Below the pieces are notes generated by a model. That model ran no database searches. It saw nothing but the letters and a program-made list of their open reading frames with translations, and was not told where the DNA came from. From Trichomonas gallinae (taxonomy: Eukaryota), in assembly GCA_008369845.1 (NCBI GenBank), contig MRSU01004764.1, forward strand, positions 1 to 37,994: a DNA stretch of 37,994 nucleotides, read 5' to 3'. Every line of letters begins with the position of its first letter. The stretch's first letter is position 1. The translations under genes were made by a program, and so were the position numbers. Shown here one piece after another: positions 11,653-21,117 of the stretch.

Positions 11653-12372
11653 TTATTGGGCTGGCTCTAATTGCTCTTGCAGCAAGCATTGGCAGTTCAC
11701 TCCCTCTGATTGTGCTCCGCAGTTACAGAATCCTTTTATCGAACTTGAAATTTCAACAAGTTGATGTCCATGGTGGCAAACTTTAGCGCAATTAATGCAA
11801 ACACACGTATTTCCTGATTGCCTACAGGTATGGCAAATGTAAAGTGGCTGTTTGATCATTTTTTTGCCTGTAATATTATACGTGCAAAGTGGAATTGGCT
11901 CTGGAGGGTTTTCTGGTGGTTTTATTAAGCAATTTGGACAAGCACATTGTGCTGGAAATAGTAAACTGTTTCTAACTGCGTTAAAACTAGTGGTTTCGTG
12001 ATCATGATGACAAAAATGCCTGCAGGAGGGGCAAATCAACTGATCATTCATGTTACAAGTTTCACATCTGTACATTGTACGCGCACAATCTTTCATACAT
12101 TGTCTAGAAACACCAATAGGAACTGAATTATCGCCAGGTACTGGATTTCTTAAGAAACAATGGCATTTGTCTGTACCATAGCCACAATAACAGTATCCTA
12201 ATACGAAACCAATGTCTACTAAGTGATGTTCGTTGTGACAAAATTTTGCACAATTTTCGCAAATTGTTTCTGCTCGTGAAAAATCGCATGTTTTGCATAT
12301 ATACATATGCTGAGTATGCGGATAATTTTTGCAAGTCTCTATCGTGCACTGAGGCCGATCATTTGAGCTCAT
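11653..12372 (-). CDS. UBR-box (N-recognin-type) zinc-finger protein with three tandem UBR-like fingers
   Basis: Three Cys/His clusters of the form YxCxTC...IC/VCxxCxxxCHxxH...CxC(G): YICKTC..ICENCAKFCHNEH..CYCG; YRCETC..ICPSCRHFCHHDH..CAC; YICHTC..VCINCAKVCHHGH..FCNCG. The ATG is at 12372 (12375 is TTG), with an Inr-like TCACT at 12409-12405. Confidence 0.85.
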   Translation of the reverse strand: MSSNDRPQCTIETCKNYPHTQHMYICKTCDFSRAETICENCAKFCHNEHHLVDIGFVLGYCYCGYGTDKCHCFLRNPVPGDNSVPIGVSRQCMKDCARTMYRCETCNMNDQLICPSCRHFCHHDHETTSFNAVRNSLLFPAQCACPNCLIKPPENPPEPIPLCTYNITGKKMIKQPLYICHTCRQSGNTCVCINCAKVCHHGHQLVEISSSIKGFCNCGAQSEGVNCQCLLQEQLEPAQ

Positions 12373-12534
12373 CAAAAAAATTATGTCAATTTTTGGATAA
12401 CAAAAGTGACAATATTTTTTGTTGTTTCAAAAATCTTTCATTTTTATCTATTTATTTTGAAAATTATGATAACGACTATAATATGTGCATGAATATATGC
12501 ATTTATATTTATATTCACAGAAAATAGATCTTGA

Positions 12535-12735
12535 CGAAATTATACAGCATTTGAAAAGGGCCCATATACAAAAGCATACGAAGAAGGAGGTTTACTAATC
12601 ATTGATGAAAGCCATATTGCACCCAAAGAGGTTCTTCAATGCATTGAACCTTCTCTTGAATCAGGATATTTATCTCTTGATATTAATAATACATCTCATT
12701 CTATTAAAATCATATATATATAGATTGGTAGCGAT
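12535..12735 (+). pseudogene. Relic of a midasin/dynein-related (AAA_5/MoxR-like) AAA+ ATPase domain
   Basis: The frame from 12541 reads YTAFEKGPYTKAYEEGGLLIIDESHIAPKEVLQCIEPSLESGYLSLDINNTSHSIKI, then RLVA after a frameshift. This matches the midasin-type GPLxxAxxxGxxLxLDExNLAxxEVLxxL..LE...FRLxA pattern (Walker B LLIIDE). It is flanked by in-frame stops (TGA 12532, TAG 12721) and has no ATG. Confidence 0.65.
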
Positions 12736-12790
12736 ATATGCTGTAAATATCTGTGAAATTAAAAAGAAATTCAAACAAATTTTATTAATT

Positions 12791-14083
12791 TCATTCACTA
12801 TCCTTCATGTCTCTGAAGAATGGTAAGTTCAAGATATCAGAAACTGTAGGACGCTGTTTCGTTTCTGTTTTAGTGCACATTTCAACAATCTGCGAAATTT
12901 CAGGATGTTGAGCAGTAAATTCAGGAGGAATTACGCCAGATGATCTTAATTTCCTAATACTTACTGTTTTCTCCATCCATGTTTTGAATCCTGAATATAA
13001 TTCAAAAGCAACGATTCCTAAGCTATAAACATCATCAGCGGGACTACTTCTATGACCATTCAGCTGTCTTGGAGATGAGTAAAGTGGTGTTCCAACATCA
13101 CGCACTGTTTTATTGCCTTTTCCTGCTTGTGAAATTACAAGTTTGTCAATAGGACGTAAATTAAGTGATCCAACACGCGGCTGTAAAGCTGGTGTTGCTT
13201 TGTTCTGGAAATGATAGTCTTTTTTACCCTTAATCGATGCAATTCCGAAATCGATAACAGTAATTTTTCCGTAAGCGCGAACTATTATGTTGTTTGGCGA
13301 AAAATCTCTGTGTATGATATTCTTCGAATGAATTTCATACAAAGCAAGCGTGATTTGGTAAAATAAAACTTTTCTTTCTTCATCGGTCAAATCTTTCTTG
13401 TGAAATAGATAATCGCACAGTGTAAAACCAGGTACATACTCCATCTGTATGTATAATGTGGCTTCTGACTCGCTATTTGATGATTCGAGCCAAGAACTAT
13501 AATATCTAACGATTCTTGGCGAATTCAGTGCGGCTAAACACTGAACTTCGCGAACAGCCGTTGAAATTTCTTCTTTCGATATATTTACGATTTTCAATGA
13601 GTAATATTGTTCATCGATTAAATTTAAAACTTTGATTATTTTTCCATAGCCGCCAGATCCAATGTCTTCGACTTTCTCGTAGTATTGATTAAATGGAGAT
13701 GCAACTCTGGGAGGAAGAGATGAATTTGGAGATTGGAAATTTGGTGGAATGATGTTTCTTGTCTGTAATTCTTGCGTAATATAAGGAATCATGTCCTCTT
13801 GATTCGATTTCTGGCACAATTCTTGTATTGTACTCAATAACCAAGAATAATCTGCGAAAGAAGGTGAATCATTTTTCATATTTGCTAGGTCATCTGGAGG
13901 TAATATAAATGATGTCTGCTTTTTTGGCTGTGAATTCTGATTCATTCCATCGAATTGATTTGGAAAAAATTTATTTTCGTCATCATTTGAAGATTCGGAG
14001 TAATTTTCCTCTTCATTATTGTCCATGGAGTTGTAGTCGATGTATCCGTCCTCTATTTCAATCGAGTCTGGATCAACTTCCAT
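12791..14083 (-). CDS. Protein kinase, eIF2-alpha kinase (PEK/HRI/GCN2)-like
   Basis: Motifs IGSGGYGKI, YSLK, VREVQCLAALNSPRIVRYYSSWLE, LYIQMEY, HRDFSPNNI, DFG, VGTPLYSSP and DVYSLGIVAFEL..FKTWMEK...LR are characteristic of eIF2-alpha kinases. The N-terminus is acidic. An Inr TCACT lies at 14096-14092. Confidence 0.85.
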   Translation of the reverse strand: MEVDPDSIEIEDGYIDYNSMDNNEEENYSESSNDDENKFFPNQFDGMNQNSQPKKQTSFILPPDDLANMKNDSPSFADYSWLLSTIQELCQKSNQEDMIPYITQELQTRNIIPPNFQSPNSSLPPRVASPFNQYYEKVEDIGSGGYGKIIKVLNLIDEQYYSLKIVNISKEEISTAVREVQCLAALNSPRIVRYYSSWLESSNSESEATLYIQMEYVPGFTLCDYLFHKKDLTDEERKVLFYQITLALYEIHSKNIIHRDFSPNNIIVRAYGKITVIDFGIASIKGKKDYHFQNKATPALQPRVGSLNLRPIDKLVISQAGKGNKTVRDVGTPLYSSPRQLNGHRSSPADDVYSLGIVAFELYSGFKTWMEKTVSIRKLRSSGVIPPEFTAQHPEISQIVEMCTKTETKQRPTVSDILNLPFFRDMKDSE

Positions 14084-14522
14084 TGAGAAGAAGTGACAAA
14101 AATTTTTTATATTCGTAATTTTGATCGTATAACAACCTCTTCACTGTCTAGATCACAAATCTGCAGTCCAAATCGCTCCATGATATAAATTTTTATAACC
14201 TTAAATATAAAATATTTAAATATACTATAAAAAATATAACTTTTTTCTCGATATTTCTTATTTTTTAATTTTATAAAAAATTAAAATCGAGAACTGGAAT
14301 CAATATTATCTAATTATTCCAATTTGATGGAAAATTCATGAAAAATCCGAAGGTTCATAATTTCAATAATATATATGTCAAAGATATTAATGCATAACTA
14401 ATGGGATATGTTCATGTATGTCAATCGGAGTAGATCTGAAATAAAATGTACATTAACAAATAAAAAAATTTATAAAAACAAGTTCAGAATATATATATAA
14501 AATCAAGCATAATGCGATATAA

Positions 14523-15515
14523 TTACCTGGATGTTATCCTCCAGGCCTTGATTATTGGTCCTAGCTTCAAGATTGGTTTGACCGGTGTTGCACGACCGGT
14601 TTGAGTCTTTCCACCGTGCTGTTGCTCTTGGTGGATGTTCATATCAAGCTTTGGAAGCATGAATTTAGGCTTGTTATTAACAGCAGGTTGCGGCTGAGCT
14701 AAATTCGGAAATGTATCAGGCTGTTTAAGGATCTTATCAATCTCCTCGCGGAAGAATTTAGTATTTGGACGCTTTTCTGGGTCCAGATCTAAGCTTCTGT
14801 CGATCATTTTTCCTAATATTCCCGGCACGAGAATTCTTTTCGGAAGATTTCCGGACTTTATGTCTTTAAGGAATTTGGATTCGCTAGTATCGTCAAATGG
14901 AAACATTTGCGTTAAGATAATATGAATCGTTACTGCAAGGGACCAAATATCTGATTGAAAGCCGTTATATTTCTGATGCAAGATGACTTCAGGAGCCATG
15001 TAATGAGTCGTTCCGCAGAATGTACCAAGATTTGCAGAATTTTCTCTTGCAAATCCAAAGTCAATAAGTTTTGGATTATTGTTATTGTCAAGTACTACAT
15101 TATCTGGCTTGATATCACGATGTACAATTCCTCGCTCGTGTAAATAATGAATTGCATCAACAATTTGCGAAGAGATTTCAAGTCTTTCCTTGAATGAAAA
15201 TGTGGACTTATTTTGAAGGACATCAATGAGATTTCCATTTGGCAAGTATTCCATCACAATAACGATGAAATTTTCTTGGTAAATGATTTCGTACACTTTA
15301 GCAAGATTAGGATGATTCAATCTTGTTGAAAACCTGAGTTCAGTCTCAAGGTATTTGATTATGCCCAAATCTGTGATTTTTCTTCTATCAAAGATTTTTA
15401 AAGCGACTTCTTCCTGCGTCCTGATTACTTGTCCCAGGTATATACATGAATATATACCTGACCCGATCTTCTTGATGAGCTTGTAATTTCCAATAGTTTT
15501 GGGTAAATCAGACAT
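14523..15515 (-). CDS. CAMK-group Ser/Thr protein kinase (AMPK/CAMKL-like)
   Basis: Complete kinase motifs are present: IGSGIYS, VALK, HPNL, MEY, HRDIKPDN, DFG, TFCGTTHYMAPE, SDIWSL. Confidence 0.92.
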   Translation of the reverse strand: MSDLPKTIGNYKLIKKIGSGIYSCIYLGQVIRTQEEVALKIFDRRKITDLGIIKYLETELRFSTRLNHPNLAKVYEIIYQENFIVIVMEYLPNGNLIDVLQNKSTFSFKERLEISSQIVDAIHYLHERGIVHRDIKPDNVVLDNNNNPKLIDFGFARENSANLGTFCGTTHYMAPEVILHQKYNGFQSDIWSLAVTIHIILTQMFPFDDTSESKFLKDIKSGNLPKRILVPGILGKMIDRSLDLDPEKRPNTKFFREEIDKILKQPDTFPNLAQPQPAVNNKPKFMLPKLDMNIHQEQQHGGKTQTGRATPVKPILKLGPIIKAWRITSR

Positions 15516-16139
15516 TTATTGATTCTTTTGAAATTGACAGCTATATTCATTGAAATATTTCAAAGAATTATTCTGATACTTTTTGCGATCTCTATGCGTT
15601 TTACAAACATTTTTCCGGAGATTTTTGGAAAAGTGTCGTAACCGCTTTCTCAAAAATGGTTATATTTCAGACGAATTTTATTCATCAATATTGTGGATGT
15701 TTAACAAGAATACTATCTTTTCAATTTCCATGTAAGGTCAATAATTGGCAGGGTCTGAAATTTTTAAACAGTGGCACCAATCAATTTTCATCTCTTAATA
15801 TCTTTATACTCATACATTCCAAATTTGGACCCTGCCCAAACAATTGTTAAAAACCATAATTATCGTTTTTGAATTGAATTATTGTATAATTATACAACCT
15901 ACGATTATTTTCAATTCAAAATTTAAAAGTTTCAGAAATAGAAAATAATAATATATTGTATAATTGTAAATAATAATGACGCGCTTTCACGCCCGTAAAT
16001 TTTTGTAAATGTACAAATTTTTAAAGATTTATGAGATTAAGCTCATTTATGTACACTTTATCTATCTCCAATTTTACATATTTGAGAGCGAATAATTCTT
16101 TTGTTTATGGAATCAGAAATTGTCGCCAGTTAACGTCAT

Positions 16140-16360
16140 TTTGATGTAATTGCATCCAGATACATGTGGTCAGTAAATTGTCCAGGAACACACTCAAAAA
16201 CTTGAACTACTAGTGAGTCGCAGAAATTGAGGCTTTATTTACATATGATTTTACGCATGTAAATGGAGATATGATACTAGCTCATGATGATGTCTTTATA
16301 TTATTATTCCTGTGGATTTATTTTGCTTTTAGGCAAAATTTTGATTATAAATTCTCACTA
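16140..16360 (-). pseudogene. Possible decayed protein-kinase N-lobe fragment
   Basis: Minus-strand frames give FIIKILPKSKINPQE**YKDIIM and, after a shift, SIISPFTCV...FCDSLVVQVFECVPGQ. These resemble kinase subdomains II-V (xxIK, alphaC, xPF, xxxExxPG) but contain multiple stops and shifts. Confidence 0.3.
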
Positions 16361-16614
16361 TAAGTAGGTGTACGTACAAGAATCCACATCTTTATCAAGT
16401 TTATATTCGATTGTCTACACTTCCTCGCATTAATTACATGTACATACTATTGATTCTATTTTGTCTTTAGATATGATCGATATTACACTTGTTCCTAATC
16501 ATATAATACATTTCATATTGATTTGAATCGAATGACATTGATTTGCAAAGATAATATTCTATATTTATTCAAGATATTATTGATTAAATCTTTTATTTAG
16601 CACTCGACCTGTGA

Positions 16615-17030
16615 ATGATTCCAATCAAACTATTTATTGAAATATATTATGTTATTAGTTAATACAATGGTTAAATCAAATAGATAGTGAATCTATTTTT
16701 TGAATCTTCTATAAAACAAAAAAATACTACATATCAGTTAATCCAATCAACATATACGGTAAAATCTATTATGTTACCATATAATACAACGGTTAAATTG
16801 AATAATTTAATAAAACATTTTTTTATAGATAATAAAATTATATCGCAACTATTCCAATCAAAATGTTTTCCGAATCTTATTATGTTATAATAGAAAAATT
16901 CAGCTGAATTGAAGAGATGATGAAAAGATATCAAGCTTCTTTAAAACACACTAAAATTTTCTCTTAACTATTCCAATCAATATGTTTTGCTGAAACATAT
17001 TATGTTACAATAGAAATCAATGGATAAAAT
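16615..17030. repeat. Degenerate tandem repeat, ~111-122-bp period, 4 copies
   Basis: The core (TT)CCAATCAA-N13-14-TATTATGTTA recurs with CCAATCAA at 16621, 16743, 16854 and 16973. Confidence 0.75.
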
Positions 17031-17191
17031 GAATTCGAATGAGATAAAGAAATAATCAAACGATATCATATAGAATACACAGTGAAATTAAATAAAGTCT
17101 AACCTGTAGGTAACAATAATATGCTACAAATACAACGAAAATAATAAATGATGTCAATTTGCCGACATTTTTTTGGCAATTTTGCAGAAAA

Positions 17192-17205
17192 AAAGTGACA
17201 TCATT
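17192..17205 (+). promoter_or_regulatory. AAAGTGAC element followed by initiator TCATT
   Basis: The sequence aaagtgacatcatt lies immediately upstream of the ATG at 17212, which fits trichomonad core-promoter architecture. Confidence 0.6.
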
Positions 17206-17211
17206 TGCCAA

Positions 17212-18789
17212 ATGTTTTTCTTTCTTTCATTGACTAAATCGATTTTTGTCCCTCCTTCTGTGACTTCTCAGTCCCACATCAAGCGTTTGACACTTGAGGA
17301 AGGAATGAAGAGCTCAATTGATACAGGAAAGACACATTTTGGATTTTATATTGATGAAGAAGGATCCCAGAGCAAAGAGATTACAACTAAAGTCGTACAA
17401 GCATCTATTCTTCATGATGAAGTCAGCTTTTTCTATACAGATCGCGAATCAATTACTAACTATTCTGATTATCAAGAATATTCCTCCCATTTATTCTTTG
17501 TTATCAAAAATGGCAAAATAGATACAGTAATTCCTATTCAAAATGATGAAGAATCTGTTTTTACAATGTTTGATTATTTTTCAACAACGAAACATCATCT
17601 TTTCGAGACAAAAGAAGACTTATTCGAATACATAGGAAAGACATCATTCGCCATCCTTACAACATCAGACAAATTCGAAATAGCCAAAGATTTACAAAAC
17701 AAATCTGCTGTTTCTATGGGATATGTTGAAATCCTCATTACAACAAAACAAGTAATTGCCGAAGTTACTGAGAATACCACAGCTGATTTCGGTTTTTATC
17801 GCCGCGAAGATGGATTTATTGTTTCTCTGAATCCAACTCTTGAAGATGTTTACTATGCTTCATATCCAATCTACAGATCTCTCAGAAAGGATGATTTCAC
17901 AGATGAAAACAACTTCATTTTCGCTTTATCATCTCCAGAATTCACAGATGAAATGGAAGATTTCTTATTATCCATTGGAAGCGAATATCCACAGTTTATT
18001 ATTGGATTTGCAACACCAGGAGTCTTTATCCACGCTTCTAACATCGTTTCTGAACAAAATAATTTCTACAATGTTGCGTTATTCAATGGAGTCAGTCTTT
18101 CATATTTTAATATCTCTAATTACTTCACACCTGAGCTTCTCAACGCCCATCCATTCAATAAAGACGAGTTTTTAGTTGCAACAAGAAAATTACTCAATGA
18201 TGTAATGAATGAGAAGATTAAACCAGCCCATATTAGTGAAGATGTCCCAGAATATGATGATAGCATGCAAGTAGTTGTCGGAAAGACTTATACTGACTTC
18301 ATCACAAATTCTACTCAAGACAATATTATTTTATACATGAAAGAGACATGCAAACACTGCCGTAGGTTTATGCCAGTATACATGGAGCTTGCAGCTGAAT
18401 TAAAGCAGGCAAATTTGAATATCAGATTCGGATACATTGATATTTCAAAGAACAGCTCTCCAGAACCATTCCCTGAAATGAGAGGAGTCCCATACTTAGT
18501 AATGTTCAGAAATGGAGGACAAAAAAGAATTCCATTCTATTGTCCATTGACAAGAAACGAAATTTTAAGATATCTCAAGAATGTCTGCAATATAACATTG
18601 GATATACAGACTGAGGTGCCGGATACATTCGCCTTATCACAGCATCTCCTTGAATTAATGATGTCTTACGAAGAAGGCGTTGCAAAAGAAGATCAGGAGG
18701 TTTTTGCGGCTTACATACAGAATGAGCACGAAATTCTCAAAGAAGAAATCAAAGATGACACAAAACCAACTGGATCTGAAGAACTCTAA
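17212..18789 (+). CDS. Protein disulfide isomerase-like thioredoxin-domain protein
   Basis: The ATG at 17212 starts a short hydrophobic leader (MFFFLSL); the 17173 start is TTG. The PDI a'-like segment ISEDVP..VVVGKTYTDFI..IILYMKETCKHCRRFMPVYMELA..GYIDISKN..GVPYLVMF carries a CxxC (CKHC). The C-terminus is acidic and ends SEEL, resembling an ER-retention signal. Confidence 0.85.
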   Translation: MFFFLSLTKSIFVPPSVTSQSHIKRLTLEEGMKSSIDTGKTHFGFYIDEEGSQSKEITTKVVQASILHDEVSFFYTDRESITNYSDYQEYSSHLFFVIKNGKIDTVIPIQNDEESVFTMFDYFSTTKHHLFETKEDLFEYIGKTSFAILTTSDKFEIAKDLQNKSAVSMGYVEILITTKQVIAEVTENTTADFGFYRREDGFIVSLNPTLEDVYYASYPIYRSLRKDDFTDENNFIFALSSPEFTDEMEDFLLSIGSEYPQFIIGFATPGVFIHASNIVSEQNNFYNVALFNGVSLSYFNISNYFTPELLNAHPFNKDEFLVATRKLLNDVMNEKIKPAHISEDVPEYDDSMQVVVGKTYTDFITNSTQDNIILYMKETCKHCRRFMPVYMELAAELKQANLNIRFGYIDISKNSSPEPFPEMRGVPYLVMFRNGGQKRIPFYCPLTRNEILRYLKNVCNITLDIQTEVPDTFALSQHLLELMMSYEEGVAKEDQEVFAAYIQNEHEILKEEIKDDTKPTGSEEL

Positions 18790-18909
18790 ACAAATTATTA
18801 TAGTTTTGATTTTAACTATGTTTTAATACACAATATACATCTTTTTAAGGCATAATAAACATGATTTATATCAAGATTTTTTTCAAAATAAAATAATTTT
18901 TATATTTTA

Positions 18910-19200
18910 GACTTATTCATACTAAAATTAGATTAATAAAAGATCCGAACTATTGTATATATAACAGCTTATAATGTAATCTGTCCTATAACTTCCAAAC
19001 GTTCAAATATGCAAATAATATAGCTAATAACATACTATTATCAAACTTCACTGTGATCAAACTATATTAAAATATCAGAATAATAGTGATTATTGCCTGA
19101 AATGTAATGAACTCCATACTAATTCCAATTATTTGGTTTAAGCGATAACTAACTATTATTAAGCTCCACTGCGTTCAAAATATATTAGAGTTTCAGGATG
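18910..19200. repeat. Degenerate ~118-bp duplication (2 clear copies, a weaker third upstream)
   Basis: actattatcaaacttcactgtgatcaaactatattaaaatatcagaa at 19034 aligns with actattattaagctccactgcgttcaaaatatattagagtttcagga at 19152. Confidence 0.55.
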
Positions 19201-19336
19201 GTGCTGGGTGATATATGATATATAAGCTATGTATAGTTAATATTCAATGAAAACATAAAAACTAAAAATGCCATGTAAAATATTTTACATTTTGACAATT
19301 GTTATTTATTGACATTTTTCCCGTTTTCTTTTTCGA

Positions 19337-21070
19337 ATGTTTATGCATTATAAGAATTATTACAAAGTTGCTAGGGATTTGGAAATGAATTCGGAGCTCA
19401 GACTAGAGCGTTTGAGGAGCAACTTAACAAATCAGTACGAAAAAGCAATTCAATATACGGAAAAATTCGAAAATGGATCAATAAGGAAGTCAAAATCAAA
19501 AATTAAGCCTTCTAAACACGAAGTACAGCAGAATACATCGCGTTTCGATTCGATTGACAGAAGAGAAAATTCTTTATTATCAAAATTTGGAAACAGCAAA
19601 GCTTCTCCATATTTTCGATCAACATACAAAGAAGCAGACCTTAAAAAGTCTAAAAATCAACAAGAAACACCTAAAATCGGAAATGAATCAATTATTATGT
19701 CTTCTAGAATTACTCTACGCGATGCTATTGGCTCAAAAGGTAATAATAAACCAAAACAAGATACTCCAATTAAAGATAAATTTAGTAGTGATTATTCTGA
19801 TGATTTTATTAACAAGCAGATATCAAAACTACAAAAAGAAATTGCTTACAACAATATAGAAGAAATTGTCGATAAATCAGACTCAATTATCCAAGAAAAT
19901 ACTAAAGCTCAGAAAAAGACTGAGAAAAAGCCAAATACTGTTAAAGAAAGACAAATTACAACTCAAGAGAAACCACCAATTCAGAAAAAGACAGATATAC
20001 AACAAAATCCAAAAATTATATCAAATTCAAAAATCACAGGCACACAATCAAAAGATAAGACTAAGAAAAAGCAAAATGAACAGAAATCAAACTTAAAACA
20101 AGAAGAAAAAACAATTCAAATAATTGAAACAAAGAATATCAAACAAAATCAACAGAATGATGACAAGAAAGCTTCTTTTGCTAAAAAGAAAGAAATATCA
20201 ACTAAAATAGACACAAATCCAATCAAAGAAAATAAAATTTTATTAAAACTAGAAGATGAACCAGTAGTTCATACCAAAAAGAAAGATCTCTCTCAAATCA
20301 AAGCTGTTTCACTTGCAGATGATATTCTTCACTTTGAAGATTACGAAGAAGAAGATTCAGATATCGAAAATGTTGATCTATTCTTCAAGAACCTTATGAA
20401 GAAGAGTGAGGATATCTTCCAAAGGTCAAATGAACAGCAAGATATCAAAAATGATGAAAAAGAAGAATCTGATGAAGAACAAACTCCTGTTCCTCGCAAA
20501 TCAATTATCCAACCATCTCTTCTCGATTCCCCGGATGAATATTTCCATGAAGAGCCGAAGTTTGACTTAATTCCATCGCCGCATCTTGAAAATGAAAAAG
20601 AAGATTTCTATGATTACACAGATGAAGAGGAAAATGACCAGGAATATAATCATAACGAAGAGGACAGCATGGATTACAACAAATCGATCGATTATCCAGA
20701 TCTTAACGTAGGAGAAAGCTCAGAAGAAGTTTATGCTCCAGTGAAACAAGAAGAAAGAAAATCTGTCATCAAATCTCCAACGAAAGAAATTTTAGATAAA
20801 TTCAGGAAAGAAAAGAAAGTTTTAGTCGTCACTCCAAGTAATGAACAACTGCTTAAAGCTGAAGAGGAAGATGAAGATACACCTGCTGTGCAGCCATTGA
20901 CGAGAGAGGAGAGAATGAGAATGATGGAGTCGAGGAAAGCCGCAGATGAACAACTGCTCAATGAACTTCTTGAGTTCGGAATGAACTTTGAGGAAGAATC
21001 AAGCGGTTCTCCTGCTTTGAAGTACTCAGATCATGGAAGTGCATCAGATGAAAACTTAACAGACTTTTAA
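19337..21070 (+). CDS. Hypothetical low-complexity protein (basic K/Q-rich N-half, acidic E/D-rich C-half), probably disordered
   Basis: 577-aa ORF with an ATG start and coding-like composition. No recognisable domain. Confidence 0.75.
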   Translation: MFMHYKNYYKVARDLEMNSELRLERLRSNLTNQYEKAIQYTEKFENGSIRKSKSKIKPSKHEVQQNTSRFDSIDRRENSLLSKFGNSKASPYFRSTYKEADLKKSKNQQETPKIGNESIIMSSRITLRDAIGSKGNNKPKQDTPIKDKFSSDYSDDFINKQISKLQKEIAYNNIEEIVDKSDSIIQENTKAQKKTEKKPNTVKERQITTQEKPPIQKKTDIQQNPKIISNSKITGTQSKDKTKKKQNEQKSNLKQEEKTIQIIETKNIKQNQQNDDKKASFAKKKEISTKIDTNPIKENKILLKLEDEPVVHTKKKDLSQIKAVSLADDILHFEDYEEEDSDIENVDLFFKNLMKKSEDIFQRSNEQQDIKNDEKEESDEEQTPVPRKSIIQPSLLDSPDEYFHEEPKFDLIPSPHLENEKEDFYDYTDEEENDQEYNHNEEDSMDYNKSIDYPDLNVGESSEEVYAPVKQEERKSVIKSPTKEILDKFRKEKKVLVVTPSNEQLLKAEEEDEDTPAVQPLTREERMRMMESRKAADEQLLNELLEFGMNFEEESSGSPALKYSDHGSASDENLTDF

Positions 21071-21117
21071 TTATATATTATTAAATATTTGTATGTTTAT
21101 TCATAGCACTTTTTTTT

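Noticed and set aside
12602..12826. 74-aa ORF and 14-bp palindrome TTCAATGCATTGAA (12635-12648)
   Set aside because: The meaningful frame here is the AAA relic. The ORF is an off-frame by-product and the palindrome is probably incidental.
16615..17030. Repeat-spacer pattern as a CRISPR array
   Set aside because: The context is eukaryotic, the repeats are degenerate, the 'spacers' resemble one another, and there are no cas genes.
19273..19290. 18-bp palindrome ATGTAAAATATTTTACAT
   Set aside because: It is almost entirely A/T in very AT-rich DNA, so chance is plausible, and nothing else supports it.
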